Shown here piece by piece: positions 25,901 to 34,005 of a stretch of DNA of 38,765 bases (position 1 is its first letter; every line of letters starts with the position of its first letter). Under the pieces are notes generated by a model. It was not told the DNA's origin and searched no databases. It saw only the letters and a list, made by a program, of their open reading frames with translations. Source of the stretch: a virus (lineage: Duplodnaviria; Heunggongvirae; Uroviricota; Caudoviricetes); IMG/VR virus record IMGVR_UViG_2654587569_000003, one strand, 5' to 3'. Made by a program: the position numbers and the translations under genes.

Positions 25901-26950
25901 TCAAACGATTAAATCCTGAACTTCCCTGACTGTCTGTTCAAAACGTCCTGTCTCCAGCTCAACACCAATCGCACAACGCCCCAGTGCCATCGCCGCTTTT
26001 ACCGTTGAACCTGAACCCATAAAAAAATCTGCAACCAGGTCTCCCGGACGACTGCTCGCGTTGATTATCTGCTGCAGCATTTCTGCCGGTTTTTCGCACG
26101 GATGTTTCCCTAGATAGTACTGCACCGGTTTATGCGTCCAGACATCGGTGTACGGAACCTGCGCCGTCACACCGAAATACCGCCGCAAATTTTTATATTC
26201 ACTCAGCAGTTCCGTATACTGCCGGTTCAGCTCACTGTATGTGCTGACCAGCTGGTGGTGTGGCTTTTCCAGTTCCCCGCGCTGATGTTTTTCTGCCGCA
26301 ACACGCGCAAACAACGCCTGCAATTTGTTGTAATTACCCTCGTTCGGTAACTGCCACTGACTGGTACCAAACCAGTGCGAAGCCATGTTTTTCTTTCCGG
26401 TGGCTTCCGCTATCTGTTTTGACGTTATTCCCAGTGATTTACGCGCATCACGAAAGTAAGAAATCAGCGGGGCCATGACGTGCTGTTTTAGCTCGCGCCC
26501 CTGTGCCACATAGCCATCATCTTTCGGGCGATACGGTCCCTGATAATGTTCTGCAAACAGAATGCGCTCTGTTGCCGGAAAATACGCCCGCAGACTTTCC
26601 TTATTGCACCCGTTCCAGCGTCCGGACGGCTTCGCCCAGATAATGTGGTTCAGCACATTAAAGCGCTCACGCATCATGATTTCGGTGTCAGATGCCAGGC
26701 GATGACCACAGAACAGGTAAAGACTTCCGGCAGGCTTCAGTACCCGCCAGAACTGCGCCAGACACTGGTCCAGCCATTTCAGGTAATCATCGTCGCCCTC
26801 CCACTGGTTATCCCAGCCCTCGGGCTTCACTTTAAAGTATGGCGGGTCTGTGACTATCAGATCGACAGAGTTTTCCGGTAAGGTCTGGATAAATTCCAGG
26901 CAATCAGCGTTGATTAACTCACAACTGGATATTTTTACAGTATTAATCAT
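25901..26950 (-). CDS. Orphan DNA methyltransferase, beta-class N6A/N4C (motif IV DPPY N-terminal, motif I FxGxG C-terminal)
   Basis: 349 aa; LIVTDPPYF and DFFMGSGST motifs in circularly permuted order. Confidence 0.8.
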   Translation of the reverse strand: MINTVKISSCELINADCLEFIQTLPENSVDLIVTDPPYFKVKPEGWDNQWEGDDDYLKWLDQCLAQFWRVLKPAGSLYLFCGHRLASDTEIMMRERFNVLNHIIWAKPSGRWNGCNKESLRAYFPATERILFAEHYQGPYRPKDDGYVAQGRELKQHVMAPLISYFRDARKSLGITSKQIAEATGKKNMASHWFGTSQWQLPNEGNYNKLQALFARVAAEKHQRGELEKPHHQLVSTYSELNRQYTELLSEYKNLRRYFGVTAQVPYTDVWTHKPVQYYLGKHPCEKPAEMLQQIINASSRPGDLVADFFMGSGSTVKAAMALGRCAIGVELETGRFEQTVREVQDLIV

Positions 26951-27100
26951 AGATCAATAAGCACTTCTCTGATAGGCTCATACCGCTTTTGCGCAAAGCA
27001 GATGGGCCTGAGGTTTGCTTGTGACCCCAACGCATGAGCAGATGGCTGGCAGGTGCCGCTAACACCCACCAGCCGCCCATTACCACAAATTAAAAAGCCT

Positions 27101-27298
27101 TCACTGCGGAAGGCGTCTGTAACAACCGAACTGATAATCTGCCAGACCCGCCATAACAAGCTGAGTCAGTATTAACTGGCAGCGTTCGCGTGAAAGGTAA
27201 GTATTCTGCGCAATTTCCCCGACGGTCGCCGGTTCGGTGACGCTTAATTCATTAAACACCACTCTGGCGGTTTCGGTCATATCCTGCTGTTTTAGCAT
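27101..27298 (-). CDS. Small putative DNA-binding protein (65 aa from internal Met)
   Basis: MLKQQDMTETARVVFNELSVTEPATVGEIAQNTYLSRERCQLILTQL; HTH-like; lies after terminator and before methylase. Confidence 0.4.
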   Translation of the reverse strand: MLKQQDMTETARVVFNELSVTEPATVGEIAQNTYLSRERCQLILTQLVMAGLADYQFGCYRRLPQ

Positions 27299-27419
27299 GC
27301 TTTTTTCCCTTTTCCGGTTAACGTGACATACCAATACCTCTTGTCGAAAAAGCCAGCAAGCTGAAAGACCAGTATTCACAACTACCAGCGCGTTTAATGT
27401 TCTGTGCCGTTTTTCAGAC

Positions 27420-27446
27420 ATAAAAAAACCCGCATAAAGCGGGTTC
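27420..27446 (-). terminator. Intrinsic terminator about 100 nt downstream of Q-like gene
   Basis: Minus strand ACCCGC-TTTAT-GCGGGT followed by TTTTTTTA. Confidence 0.7.
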
Positions 27447-27529
27447 TTTCAGGTGTCCATGTCTGCTATTCGCCTCGCGGTATAGCTTTGCGAAGCGTAG
27501 CTGGATTGAAACAGTTTATGCGTAAAAAA

Positions 27530-28084
27530 TCAAGACATTTTTTGAGCAAACGATTCTCGCATAGGGATGTATAGCGCATATTCAGCAACAGCCAACCAAT
27601 TAGCAATTCGCTTTTCGCATGTACTAAAACACCATTCCGGGTGCACCTCATTCAACAATTCAGCCATTTTGCGTTTACTCATCCCCCGCCCTTCGTACCT
27701 TTGCCGCAGGATATCAATCAATCCAGGATAACGTGCAAGCGCTTTACTTATCACCCCATCAATGCGTAACGCCTCTGCATCAGTACAGTGAGACAACCAG
27801 CTCTTCTGTCTGCCAGCGATCATCTCTCGCAAGAATGCTTCCAGCTCTGGTTTATCAATCCCTGACTCCCTGATTCTACGCAGGGCTTCATTGATTGCGG
27901 TTTTTGTCAGTTTTTTGGATGCCAGCAACTGATTGAACATATTTCCTGGTTTGCCACCACCTATATACGACCAACGCCCCCACATCCGTAATTTCCCCTG
28001 GATCCAGACGGCTTCCAGCGTTTTTAGACGTAAATGCTCGCCGCTTTTGCCTGTAATTTCCGGGTATATCATATTTACGATCAC
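27530..28084 (-). CDS. Putative late-gene antiterminator Q-like protein (positional call)
   Basis: 184 aa; start overlaps rusA stop by 4 nt; followed by strong terminator; sequence family not recognised by me. Confidence 0.45.
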   Translation of the reverse strand: MIVNMIYPEITGKSGEHLRLKTLEAVWIQGKLRMWGRWSYIGGGKPGNMFNQLLASKKLTKTAINEALRRIRESGIDKPELEAFLREMIAGRQKSWLSHCTDAEALRIDGVISKALARYPGLIDILRQRYEGRGMSKRKMAELLNEVHPEWCFSTCEKRIANWLAVAEYALYIPMRESFAQKMS

Positions 28085-28446
28085 TCACTCTCAATTTTGT
28101 AAATCTTCACGCCCAGCCGTCCCCCAGGAACGCGCTGACCGCGCACAATATTGATTTCATCAAACTGCTCGTCGTCTATGAGAAGTCCGGCATGCGTCAG
28201 CGCATCCAGTGGTGCTTTCAGGATATTGTCCAGGTCACGACGACGTTTATCCGGTGGCTCTGCAATAATCTTTATCGCCAGCCTTCCGGACAGGTTTAAT
28301 TTCAGCCGCTGCTGGCGAACAATAAGCGCCACATCACGGCGATAACGCTCACCGGCTTTTGATACAAAATATGTGCTGCCACGACGTCGCCAGTAAGTGT
28401 TCACCGTTGGCGGGTAAGGCAAAACAAATTCTATGCGTTCAGTCAT
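28081..28446 (-). CDS. rusA: Holliday junction resolvase RusA
   Basis: 121 aa; LPYPPTVNTYWRRRG...DKRRRDLDNILKAPLDALT matches RusA family motifs. Confidence 0.85.
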   Translation of the reverse strand: MTERIEFVLPYPPTVNTYWRRRGSTYFVSKAGERYRRDVALIVRQQRLKLNLSGRLAIKIIAEPPDKRRRDLDNILKAPLDALTHAGLLIDDEQFDEINIVRGQRVPGGRLGVKIYKIESE

Positions 28447-29491
28447 TCATGCTTTCCACTTCAGGACACCCGAATTTCTCGCGTGCATTAAAAAACGAAT
28501 CAGCAACAACAGCTGGCTGCTCAAAATCTTTTACCCCGGCGTGTAGTTCGCTATGGCATTTACGGCACAGCGGAATAACAAACAAATCATCAGCCTTTGT
28601 TCCCATCCCTCCCAGTCCATGACCAATGATGTGATGCGGATCATCTGCCTGATTACCACACGTCATGCATTTCTGCGTTTTTACCCAACGCGTGTATACA
28701 GGCATCTCTTCCCGTCGTGGTTTCTGGCGCTGGAGATACTGAGCCGGTGACTCCGGATCAACGGCAATGCTTACCACCGTCTTTTCCTGTGGCGGGTTTT
28801 GCTGGTGGGCGTGAGGCAGTAGCGCAATATTTTTTGTGCGCTGCTTCAGCATGCTGGTGGCGGTCTGCTCTCCCGGCACGATGTCGCTCTCGCGGTATAC
28901 TGAGCGAATTTTTTCCGCGCGTAATCCCAGTGAACGACGTAACACCGTCTCCGGTAGTGCGTCCGCTACGTTATTTATGGTTGCCCACCAGGATAATTCA
29001 GCCAGCGATAATTCCCGCTCCTGCGTGCCATTCATTGCGTGGCGGATGACATCAATCATCCATGCTGACAGGTTTTGGTGAGCAAGCTGCCCGAGTGATT
29101 CGGAAGTCTGGTTACGCAGCTGGTTGTCGCAGTGCCAGCACAACACCATCGCGCCGGTACCGTAACGATGTATGACGGTTTCACTGTGATGGTAGTCACC
29201 ATGAGGCCACTGGCAGGATTTAATGTGGCGTAACAGCCAGTCAGACAATGCACCAGCACCACCAGCAGCACGAATCACCCGCTCATCGCTGAAAAATGGC
29301 AGTAATGATTTATCCTCCGCCAGCGGCTGGCGAACAGCAGGAACGACTCCGGACGGCAGACCGCGCATGCTTTTCGGTTCCGGCTCCACCAGAACTCGAG
29401 GGTTATGAAATACCTGCATGGATTCACGGCCCGGTTTTAGCACCACCAGCCCAAGTTCCGGTACCGGAACAGGTCGAAGTAATACCCGCAC
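28439..29491 (-). CDS. DUF968 / YdfU-like protein with C-terminal Cys/His HNH-like motif
   Basis: GTG start at 29491 with GGAGG SD overlapping upstream stop; CMTCG..DPHHIIGHGLGG..CRKCH motif; about 350 aa. Confidence 0.7.
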   Translation of the reverse strand: MRVLLRPVPVPELGLVVLKPGRESMQVFHNPRVLVEPEPKSMRGLPSGVVPAVRQPLAEDKSLLPFFSDERVIRAAGGAGALSDWLLRHIKSCQWPHGDYHHSETVIHRYGTGAMVLCWHCDNQLRNQTSESLGQLAHQNLSAWMIDVIRHAMNGTQERELSLAELSWWATINNVADALPETVLRRSLGLRAEKIRSVYRESDIVPGEQTATSMLKQRTKNIALLPHAHQQNPPQEKTVVSIAVDPESPAQYLQRQKPRREEMPVYTRWVKTQKCMTCGNQADDPHHIIGHGLGGMGTKADDLFVIPLCRKCHSELHAGVKDFEQPAVVADSFFNAREKFGCPEVESMND

Positions 29492-29492
29492 G

Positions 29493-29765
29493 TTACCTCC
29501 AGATGCGTTGCTGGAATGTGCGGGACGGACGCGGTGGGCGTTCGGAATAAGGGAGCCTGACATAGATTATCCAGTGACGATAATCGAGGCTGAGGGCTTT
29601 CTTAATCTCGTATCCGCGTCTGCGGTAGTTATGAATTAGCCATTCGGCCTGTTCTTCAGTACATGGTGGGTGTTGGTACCAGTCGGTTTTAAATGCGTGT
29701 GAACGCCGCCCATGCCGGATGGCAAGGTCGGTATCAGAATTGTGAAATTTGGTTTTGTGCGCCAT
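29493..29765 (-). CDS. Small hypothetical protein (90 aa), Rem-like by position
   Basis: ORF translationally coupled to DUF968 gene; lies between hok and ydfU-like gene as rem does in Qin prophage. Confidence 0.5.
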   Translation of the reverse strand: MAHKTKFHNSDTDLAIRHGRRSHAFKTDWYQHPPCTEEQAEWLIHNYRRRGYEIKKALSLDYRHWIIYVRLPYSERPPRPSRTFQQRIWR

Positions 29766-29932
29766 CTGTTTTCTCTACTGGCGCAGCAGGTGTCAGGTGT
29801 TCAGGCTGACGTGCGAATTGTAAACCAGAATGCCAGGAAAAAACAAAACCCGCCGAAGCGGGTTAAGTGCGGGTGCGTTGAGGATGCCTGACTCATCAGA
29901 GGTGGCGAGGGATTTCCCCCTCGCCTGGTCTC

Positions 29933-30088
29933 TTACTCCTCAGGTTCGTAAGCTGTGAAGACAGCGACCTCCGTCTGGCCGGTTCGGATTCGTACCTCGC
30001 AGAGGTCTTTCCTCGTTACCAGTGCCGTCACTATGACGGTTAAACAGATGACGATCAGGGCGATTAACATCGCCTTTTGCTGCTTCAT
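29933..30088 (-). CDS. hok: Hok-family type I toxin (51 aa), near-identical to recalled HokD
   Basis: Hand translation MKQQKAMLIALIVICLTVIVTALVTRKDLCEVRIRTGQTEVAVFTAYEPEE; AAGGAG SD; absent from track (under 60 aa). Confidence 0.9.
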   Translation of the reverse strand: MKQQKAMLIALIVICLTVIVTALVTRKDLCEVRIRTGQTEVAVFTAYEPEE

Positions 30089-30346
30089 AGCCTGCTTCTC
30101 CTTGACCTTTCGGTCCGTAAGAGGCTAATCTCTATGTGTCGCATAGATATGGCCTCAGATTAATGTTAAGCGTCTTGCAGGACGCGTAATGTTAACTGGG
30201 GCTTTTCTCTATCTGCCTTTTGGTGTTCATGCCTGAGACAGATAGCCTCAAGCACCCGCAGTCATTCTACTTAACTAAGATTTCCCCGCAAACCGTTTTT
30301 GTCCGGCACAGTAAATATCCAACTAAACCAATGGCGTTCGCTGTAT

Positions 30347-30526
30347 TTACCGCCAGTATTCAATGCACATGACCGCCATGAACACCCCTAAAAAAAGGGC
30401 ATTTATATGTCCAAACATTAATATCAAAACATCAACTTTTTCCATATACCTTGCTGTGAAGATGATGGGCATACATGATGCGAACAACCAGAACGCAACA
30501 AACAAAAACTGCAATGCGTTTTTCAT
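30347..30526 (-). CDS. Small two-helix membrane protein (59 aa)
   Basis: Internal Met preceded by GGGGGA SD; MKNALQFLFVAFWLFASCMPIIFTA...LFLGVFMAVMCIEYWR. Confidence 0.5.
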   Translation of the reverse strand: MKNALQFLFVAFWLFASCMPIIFTARYMEKVDVLILMFGHINALFLGVFMAVMCIEYWR

Positions 30527-31008
30527 TATTCCCCCTACAATCAATGTGCAATAACATTTAAACACACCTCAATTTAGCCGGACATATAAATATCTAAACC
30601 AGAAAAAATCACTTACATAGCGTTACAAACTCTTTAGTCTAAATATTCATCGTAAAACATTCCCCATACTTATCAGCCCGTTCTGCGCCAGGTAGCTCAT
30701 TGCCTTATCTGGGAATCTGTAATCAGGTTTCCGGATGCTGGTGGATTTTCGCATTTTAGTTGTTCATAAAAGTGCACAGCTTTAACCAGTTCTTCTGATG
30801 TAACCGGGACTGGCGGGGCAGTGAATAAGGCCTGAATTTCATAGTTCGGCCTGTCGTTACAATCCTCTTTTTTCGGTACATATTTCCAGTCACCAGACCA
30901 CTACTTCCCCTGAAAGTCCGTAACGCCTTTTTTTCACGTAGCGATATCGCCATGCCACTGTTTTTGCTTGCCCCGCCGTTTCATGCCCTTCCTGATAATT
31001 AACCTCGC

Positions 31009-31185
31009 TCATTCATCGCCCCACTCATCACAATATGCTTCGACCGGAGTTTTTCCTGCTTCATAATCATCACGCCATGCTTCAGCATCAGCAGCACTGC
31101 CACCACGTAACTCTGCATAGTCCATTAACAGTTCATGCCATTCTTCAAAACCGACGTTGTATTTAGTTGAACCAAAATCAGCCAT
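31009..31185 (-). CDS. Small acidic hypothetical protein (58 aa)
   Basis: AAGAGGAAG SD; start overlaps upstream ORF stop by 8 nt; MADFGSTKYNVGFEEWHELLMDYAELRGG... Confidence 0.5.
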   Translation of the reverse strand: MADFGSTKYNVGFEEWHELLMDYAELRGGSAADAEAWRDDYEAGKTPVEAYCDEWGDE

Positions 31186-31360
31186 TTTGTTCTTCCTCTT
31201 CGTCTTTTATTTCGTGATATGAGTAATTGCAGTAGTTAAAGAAAATATCTTTTGCTTCGTCATGTATTTCATCAGGCGTCGCATCATCATCCACTTCGAA
31301 TTCATCCTCGAAATCTCCACCGGCTATTCCCGTTTCAATAATTATTTTAAACTTTCGCAT
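31178..31360 (-). CDS. Small acidic hypothetical protein (60 aa)
   Basis: ATG 6 nt after conserved hairpin with GGAGG on its 5' side. Confidence 0.5.
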   Translation of the reverse strand: MRKFKIIIETGIAGGDFEDEFEVDDDATPDEIHDEAKDIFFNYCNYSYHEIKDEEEEQNG

Positions 31361-31367
31361 TTAACTA

Positions 31368-31388
31368 CCGCCCTTTCGGGCGGCCTCC
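31368..31388 (-). promoter_or_regulatory. Conserved SD-hairpin element (GGAGG then CCGCCC-GAAA-GGGCGG) directly upstream of start codon, copy 1
   Basis: Same 21-nt motif repeated at 32432..32453 before another start codon. Confidence 0.5.
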
Positions 31389-31411
31389 TGATGTTCTGAG
31401 GGTGCAGAAAT

Positions 31412-31472
31412 CCCTCCGGTTAAGGATTAAATTTTTAACAGAGCTAAATTTAATTATTCAGTTCTGGATTTT
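31412..31472 (-). repeat. About 60-bp AT-rich repeated upstream element, copy A1
   Basis: Aligns by eye with 32679..32740 across about 55 of 60 positions. Confidence 0.55.
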
Positions 31473-31810
31473 GTCGCCCTGCGTATCCGCGCTTTCGCGT
31501 TACGCTCAATCTGAATTAGCTTTTCTATATTTTTTCGCCTTTCCCGCTCCTCCTGACGCAAGAGCCTTACATCATCTGCCAGTCTGGTTTCTCTTTTCGC
31601 CACAGAGAGCATCCAGTCAAATGGTTCCACAACTGCACCGCAGATTTTACAGCGGACCTGACGCTCTTTTTCGTCAACCCGGACAGAGGCGTGATGACAA
31701 TATGGTCTTTCCGATGGCTCATAAAGAAAATTAACCTGATTACGAGGGTCATCCTCTTTTACCGGAAATAAAACGATATTGCTTAACTCATCCTCTGGTT
31801 TTATTTCCAT
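31454..31810 (-). CDS. Hypothetical protein (118 aa) with CxxC/CHH zinc-ribbon-like motif
   Basis: AGGAGAGGAG SD; PYCHHASVRVDEKERQVRCKICGAV. Confidence 0.55.
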   Translation of the reverse strand: MEIKPEDELSNIVLFPVKEDDPRNQVNFLYEPSERPYCHHASVRVDEKERQVRCKICGAVVEPFDWMLSVAKRETRLADDVRLLRQEERERRKNIEKLIQIERNAKARIRRATKSRTE

Positions 31811-31931
31811 GCTCCTCTCCTTTGATGCGAATGCCAGCGGTAATTGAAGCCTGATAGCTAATTTCACTCACAGTACCGCCTCCTGAAAATTTAATGAACA
31901 ATTCAATACGTTCTTTGGTAATAGTGGTCAT
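31788..31931 (-). CDS. Small hypothetical protein (47 aa)
   Basis: AAGGAG SD 7 nt upstream; overlaps next gene start by 23 nt; absent from track. Confidence 0.45.
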   Translation of the reverse strand: MTTITKERIELFIKFSGGGTVSEISYQASITAGIRIKGEEHGNKTRG

Positions 31932-31941
31932 GTGTTACTCC

Positions 31942-32205
31942 TTAACCCGCAGTGCTTTCAACTGATGAGGGGAACAAAATCTTTTCATCAAACCCTGCAT
32001 TCATATCATGAACAGCAACACACCAATCCATCGACGAACGATTATCAAGAGCCTCCATGATTTCATCCATGCGGCGTAGGTCATACAGGTAAATGCTTTT
32101 ATCGCCAATGGTGTAAAAGCCAATTTTTTTCGGTGATGGACAGCGATCAAGAACTTCCTGTAATTCGTTCAACCATGCCCGTTCTTTTTTTGTCAAAGTT
32201 GCCAT
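31942..32205 (-). CDS. Hypothetical protein (87 aa from internal Met)
   Basis: AAGGAA SD; MATLTKKERAWLNELQEVLDRCPSPKKIGFY. Confidence 0.5.
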   Translation of the reverse strand: MATLTKKERAWLNELQEVLDRCPSPKKIGFYTIGDKSIYLYDLRRMDEIMEALDNRSSMDWCVAVHDMNAGFDEKILFPSSVESTAG

Positions 32206-32206
32206 A

Positions 32207-32425
32207 TCAGTTTTCCTTATACGGATTAATTTTATTGTGCAGTGTGTTGAATGACGCCCATACCACGTCGTTATACAATTCAGTAACTGGCTCAATTATT
32301 TTCCCGATTGCCCAGACAAAAATTAGAGGGGATATCGGTATCATCAATACGATAAACAGAATGAGAAACAAAAATTCTGTCGCCCTACTTTTTTGCGGAT
32401 ATTCTTTTCTGAATAATGTAGTCAT
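32207..32425 (-). CDS. Small membrane protein (72 aa)
   Basis: ATG preceded by conserved hairpin and GGGAGG; hydrophobic FLFLILFIVLMIPISPLIFVWAIG. Confidence 0.5.
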   Translation of the reverse strand: MTTLFRKEYPQKSRATEFLFLILFIVLMIPISPLIFVWAIGKIIEPVTELYNDVVWASFNTLHNKINPYKEN

Positions 32426-32431
32426 TTCTTA

Positions 32432-32453
32432 CCGCCCTTTCGGGCGGCCTCCC
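32432..32453 (-). promoter_or_regulatory. Conserved SD-hairpin element, copy 2
   Basis: GGGAGG then CCGCCC-GAAA-GGGCGG 6 nt before ATG at 32425. Confidence 0.5.
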
Positions 32454-32457
32454 GACA

Positions 32458-32670
32458 TTAATCGTTGTGGTAACTCATGGCTTCATTTGCAGCATCAACC
32501 GGATCAACCTCCCACCAGCAATAATTTGGTGCGTTTCCTTCAGGTGTCCACGGTTCCAATTCATTTTTTGCCACATTCTCGTCGCCAGTAATTTTAAAAA
32601 TCTGCTCAGAGAATTTTTTCACCCACTCGTTATATTTTTCAGTGTTAATAATTTTCTGTGTATTTGACAT
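32458..32670 (-). CDS. Hypothetical protein (70 aa)
   Basis: GGAGG SD at 3' end of repeat A2; MSNTQKIINTEKYNEWVKKF. Confidence 0.55.
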   Translation of the reverse strand: MSNTQKIINTEKYNEWVKKFSEQIFKITGDENVAKNELEPWTPEGNAPNYCWWEVDPVDAANEAMSYHND

Positions 32671-32678
32671 AGATATAC

Positions 32679-32740
32679 CTCCAGTTAAGGATTAAATTTT
32701 ATTTACAGTGCTGAACTTAATTATTCAGATTTGGATTATG
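32679..32740 (-). repeat. About 60-bp AT-rich repeated upstream element, copy A2
   Basis: Homologous to 31412..31472; ends in the SD of gene 32458..32670. Confidence 0.55.
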
Positions 32741-32775
32741 CTTTCTCTTCACGAAGTTCCGATTGTTAATTTGGC

Positions 32776-33198
32776 TCACAACAGCACCTTCTGAAAATTA
32801 CCCTGATAGAAAGCCAGTACACGCTGCATAGCTTCGCTCTTCCGGCACTCGCTACAGATTATGTTTTGACGCCTGTCGTAGCGGCGTATTTCTCCGTCTG
32901 GTAATGGCCAGATAAGGTCAGGATCAACCACAGATGGTTTCTTCAGATTTGCCCTTGAGAGTTTTTTGCGGGCGTTTTGCCAGTCCTTACGCGCCTGTTC
33001 AGACGGGAATAACCCGTAACCAGAGTTGTATACATCGCCACTGGCAACCAGCTCTCTGGCGAGAACACTCATCAGATATCTTGTCGCACCTGTCTTGGCT
33101 TCCAGTTGCCGTAACGTCTCGCGCCCACTCCGGCGTACTAGCTCAACAACCTGCCCTTTAATTTTTTCCCGCTCTTCTTGTGTAAATACTTTTGCCAT
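32776..33198 (-). CDS. Hypothetical protein (140 aa)
   Basis: Internal ATG 33198 with GGAGG SD; MAKVFTQEEREKIKGQVVELVRRSGRETL. Confidence 0.55.
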   Translation of the reverse strand: MAKVFTQEEREKIKGQVVELVRRSGRETLRQLEAKTGATRYLMSVLARELVASGDVYNSGYGLFPSEQARKDWQNARKKLSRANLKKPSVVDPDLIWPLPDGEIRRYDRRQNIICSECRKSEAMQRVLAFYQGNFQKVLL

Positions 33199-33213
33199 AA
33201 GCGCCTCCGGCAA

Positions 33214-33984
33214 TCACTTTTCCGATACAACACGGCGGGAAGAATCAGTAATCTGTCGAACAATATCCCGGTGCTTGTTCAGCTCCCGCAGCGCGGCGCA
33301 GACTCGCTCCCACTTCTGAACATCACTTTTCGCCCTGCGCAGCGCCAGGTTTGCCCTGCGCAGGGACGGAAAAATCAGCTCATCTGCTTGCGTTTCGGTA
33401 AACGATGGCAACGACTGCACAATGTCCGCCACAGTTTCTGTTTTAATTTCTTCCTGTGTTGCGGCTTCCCGGCCTGGTAACGCAGCACCTGCTGGCTGAG
33501 GAAAGGCCTTACCATCACTTTCCGTTACCAGCGCGGCTTTCGGCTCTGCTGGTAAATTATCGCCCGGCATGCAGTAACGAAATTTACCGTTCTGATTAAC
33601 GCGTGCCAGCCGCCCCGTTGCGGTTACCACCGCCAGCGTGGAAGCAACCTTGCGAGTACTGACACCGAACTTACCCGCCAGTTCCTCACACGTTTTAGCC
33701 CCATCCTGACCGATAAACTCAATCATCATGTCTGCGGTAACTTTTTGTTCGACCTCCCCGGTCAGCATATCCTGTGCTTCAGATTTTACTGGCCGCTCTT
33801 CGGTTACCCGGGATTCACCTTCGCCAGCCAGAAACCAGGTGTGACCAGTTTTATCAACGACGCCATTTCTTTTGAGTTCCCACAGCTCGTTGACAGCCTC
33901 TTCACGACTGATTCCAAGGCGAGCTGCCACCACATGTGAAGAGGCTTTTTTCAGTGCTTTCAGTGCGTCAGATACGGTTTCCAT
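33214..33984 (-). CDS. Hypothetical protein (256 aa) with HTH-like segments
   Basis: GGAGGA SD; follows DnaC-like gene; family not recognised. Confidence 0.55.
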   Translation of the reverse strand: METVSDALKALKKASSHVVAARLGISREEAVNELWELKRNGVVDKTGHTWFLAGEGESRVTEERPVKSEAQDMLTGEVEQKVTADMMIEFIGQDGAKTCEELAGKFGVSTRKVASTLAVVTATGRLARVNQNGKFRYCMPGDNLPAEPKAALVTESDGKAFPQPAGAALPGREAATQEEIKTETVADIVQSLPSFTETQADELIFPSLRRANLALRRAKSDVQKWERVCAALRELNKHRDIVRQITDSSRRVVSEK

Positions 33985-34005
33985 TAAAATTTCCTCCGGA
34001 CAAAA

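Noticed and set aside
26947-27159. 70-aa minus-strand ORF overlapping the methylase start
   Set aside because: Overlaps the better-supported small HTH gene and methylase start region in another frame; no SD
27450-27530. Late promoter between Q-like gene and its terminator
   Set aside because: Only weak hexamers (TTCAAT ... TATACC) with poor spacing and barely 50 nt to the terminator; not confident enough to annotate
30089-30340. Sok antisense RNA gene for the hok locus
   Set aside because: Expected on the plus strand in this interval but I could not identify a convincing promoter and terminator by eye, so it is not called as a feature
30600-30960. ORF 30756..30953 and an open frame encoding ..PKKEDCNDRPNYEIQALFTAPP..
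   Set aside because: No usable start codon in the longer frame and basic low-complexity translation in the listed ORF; probably a decayed gene remnant, not called
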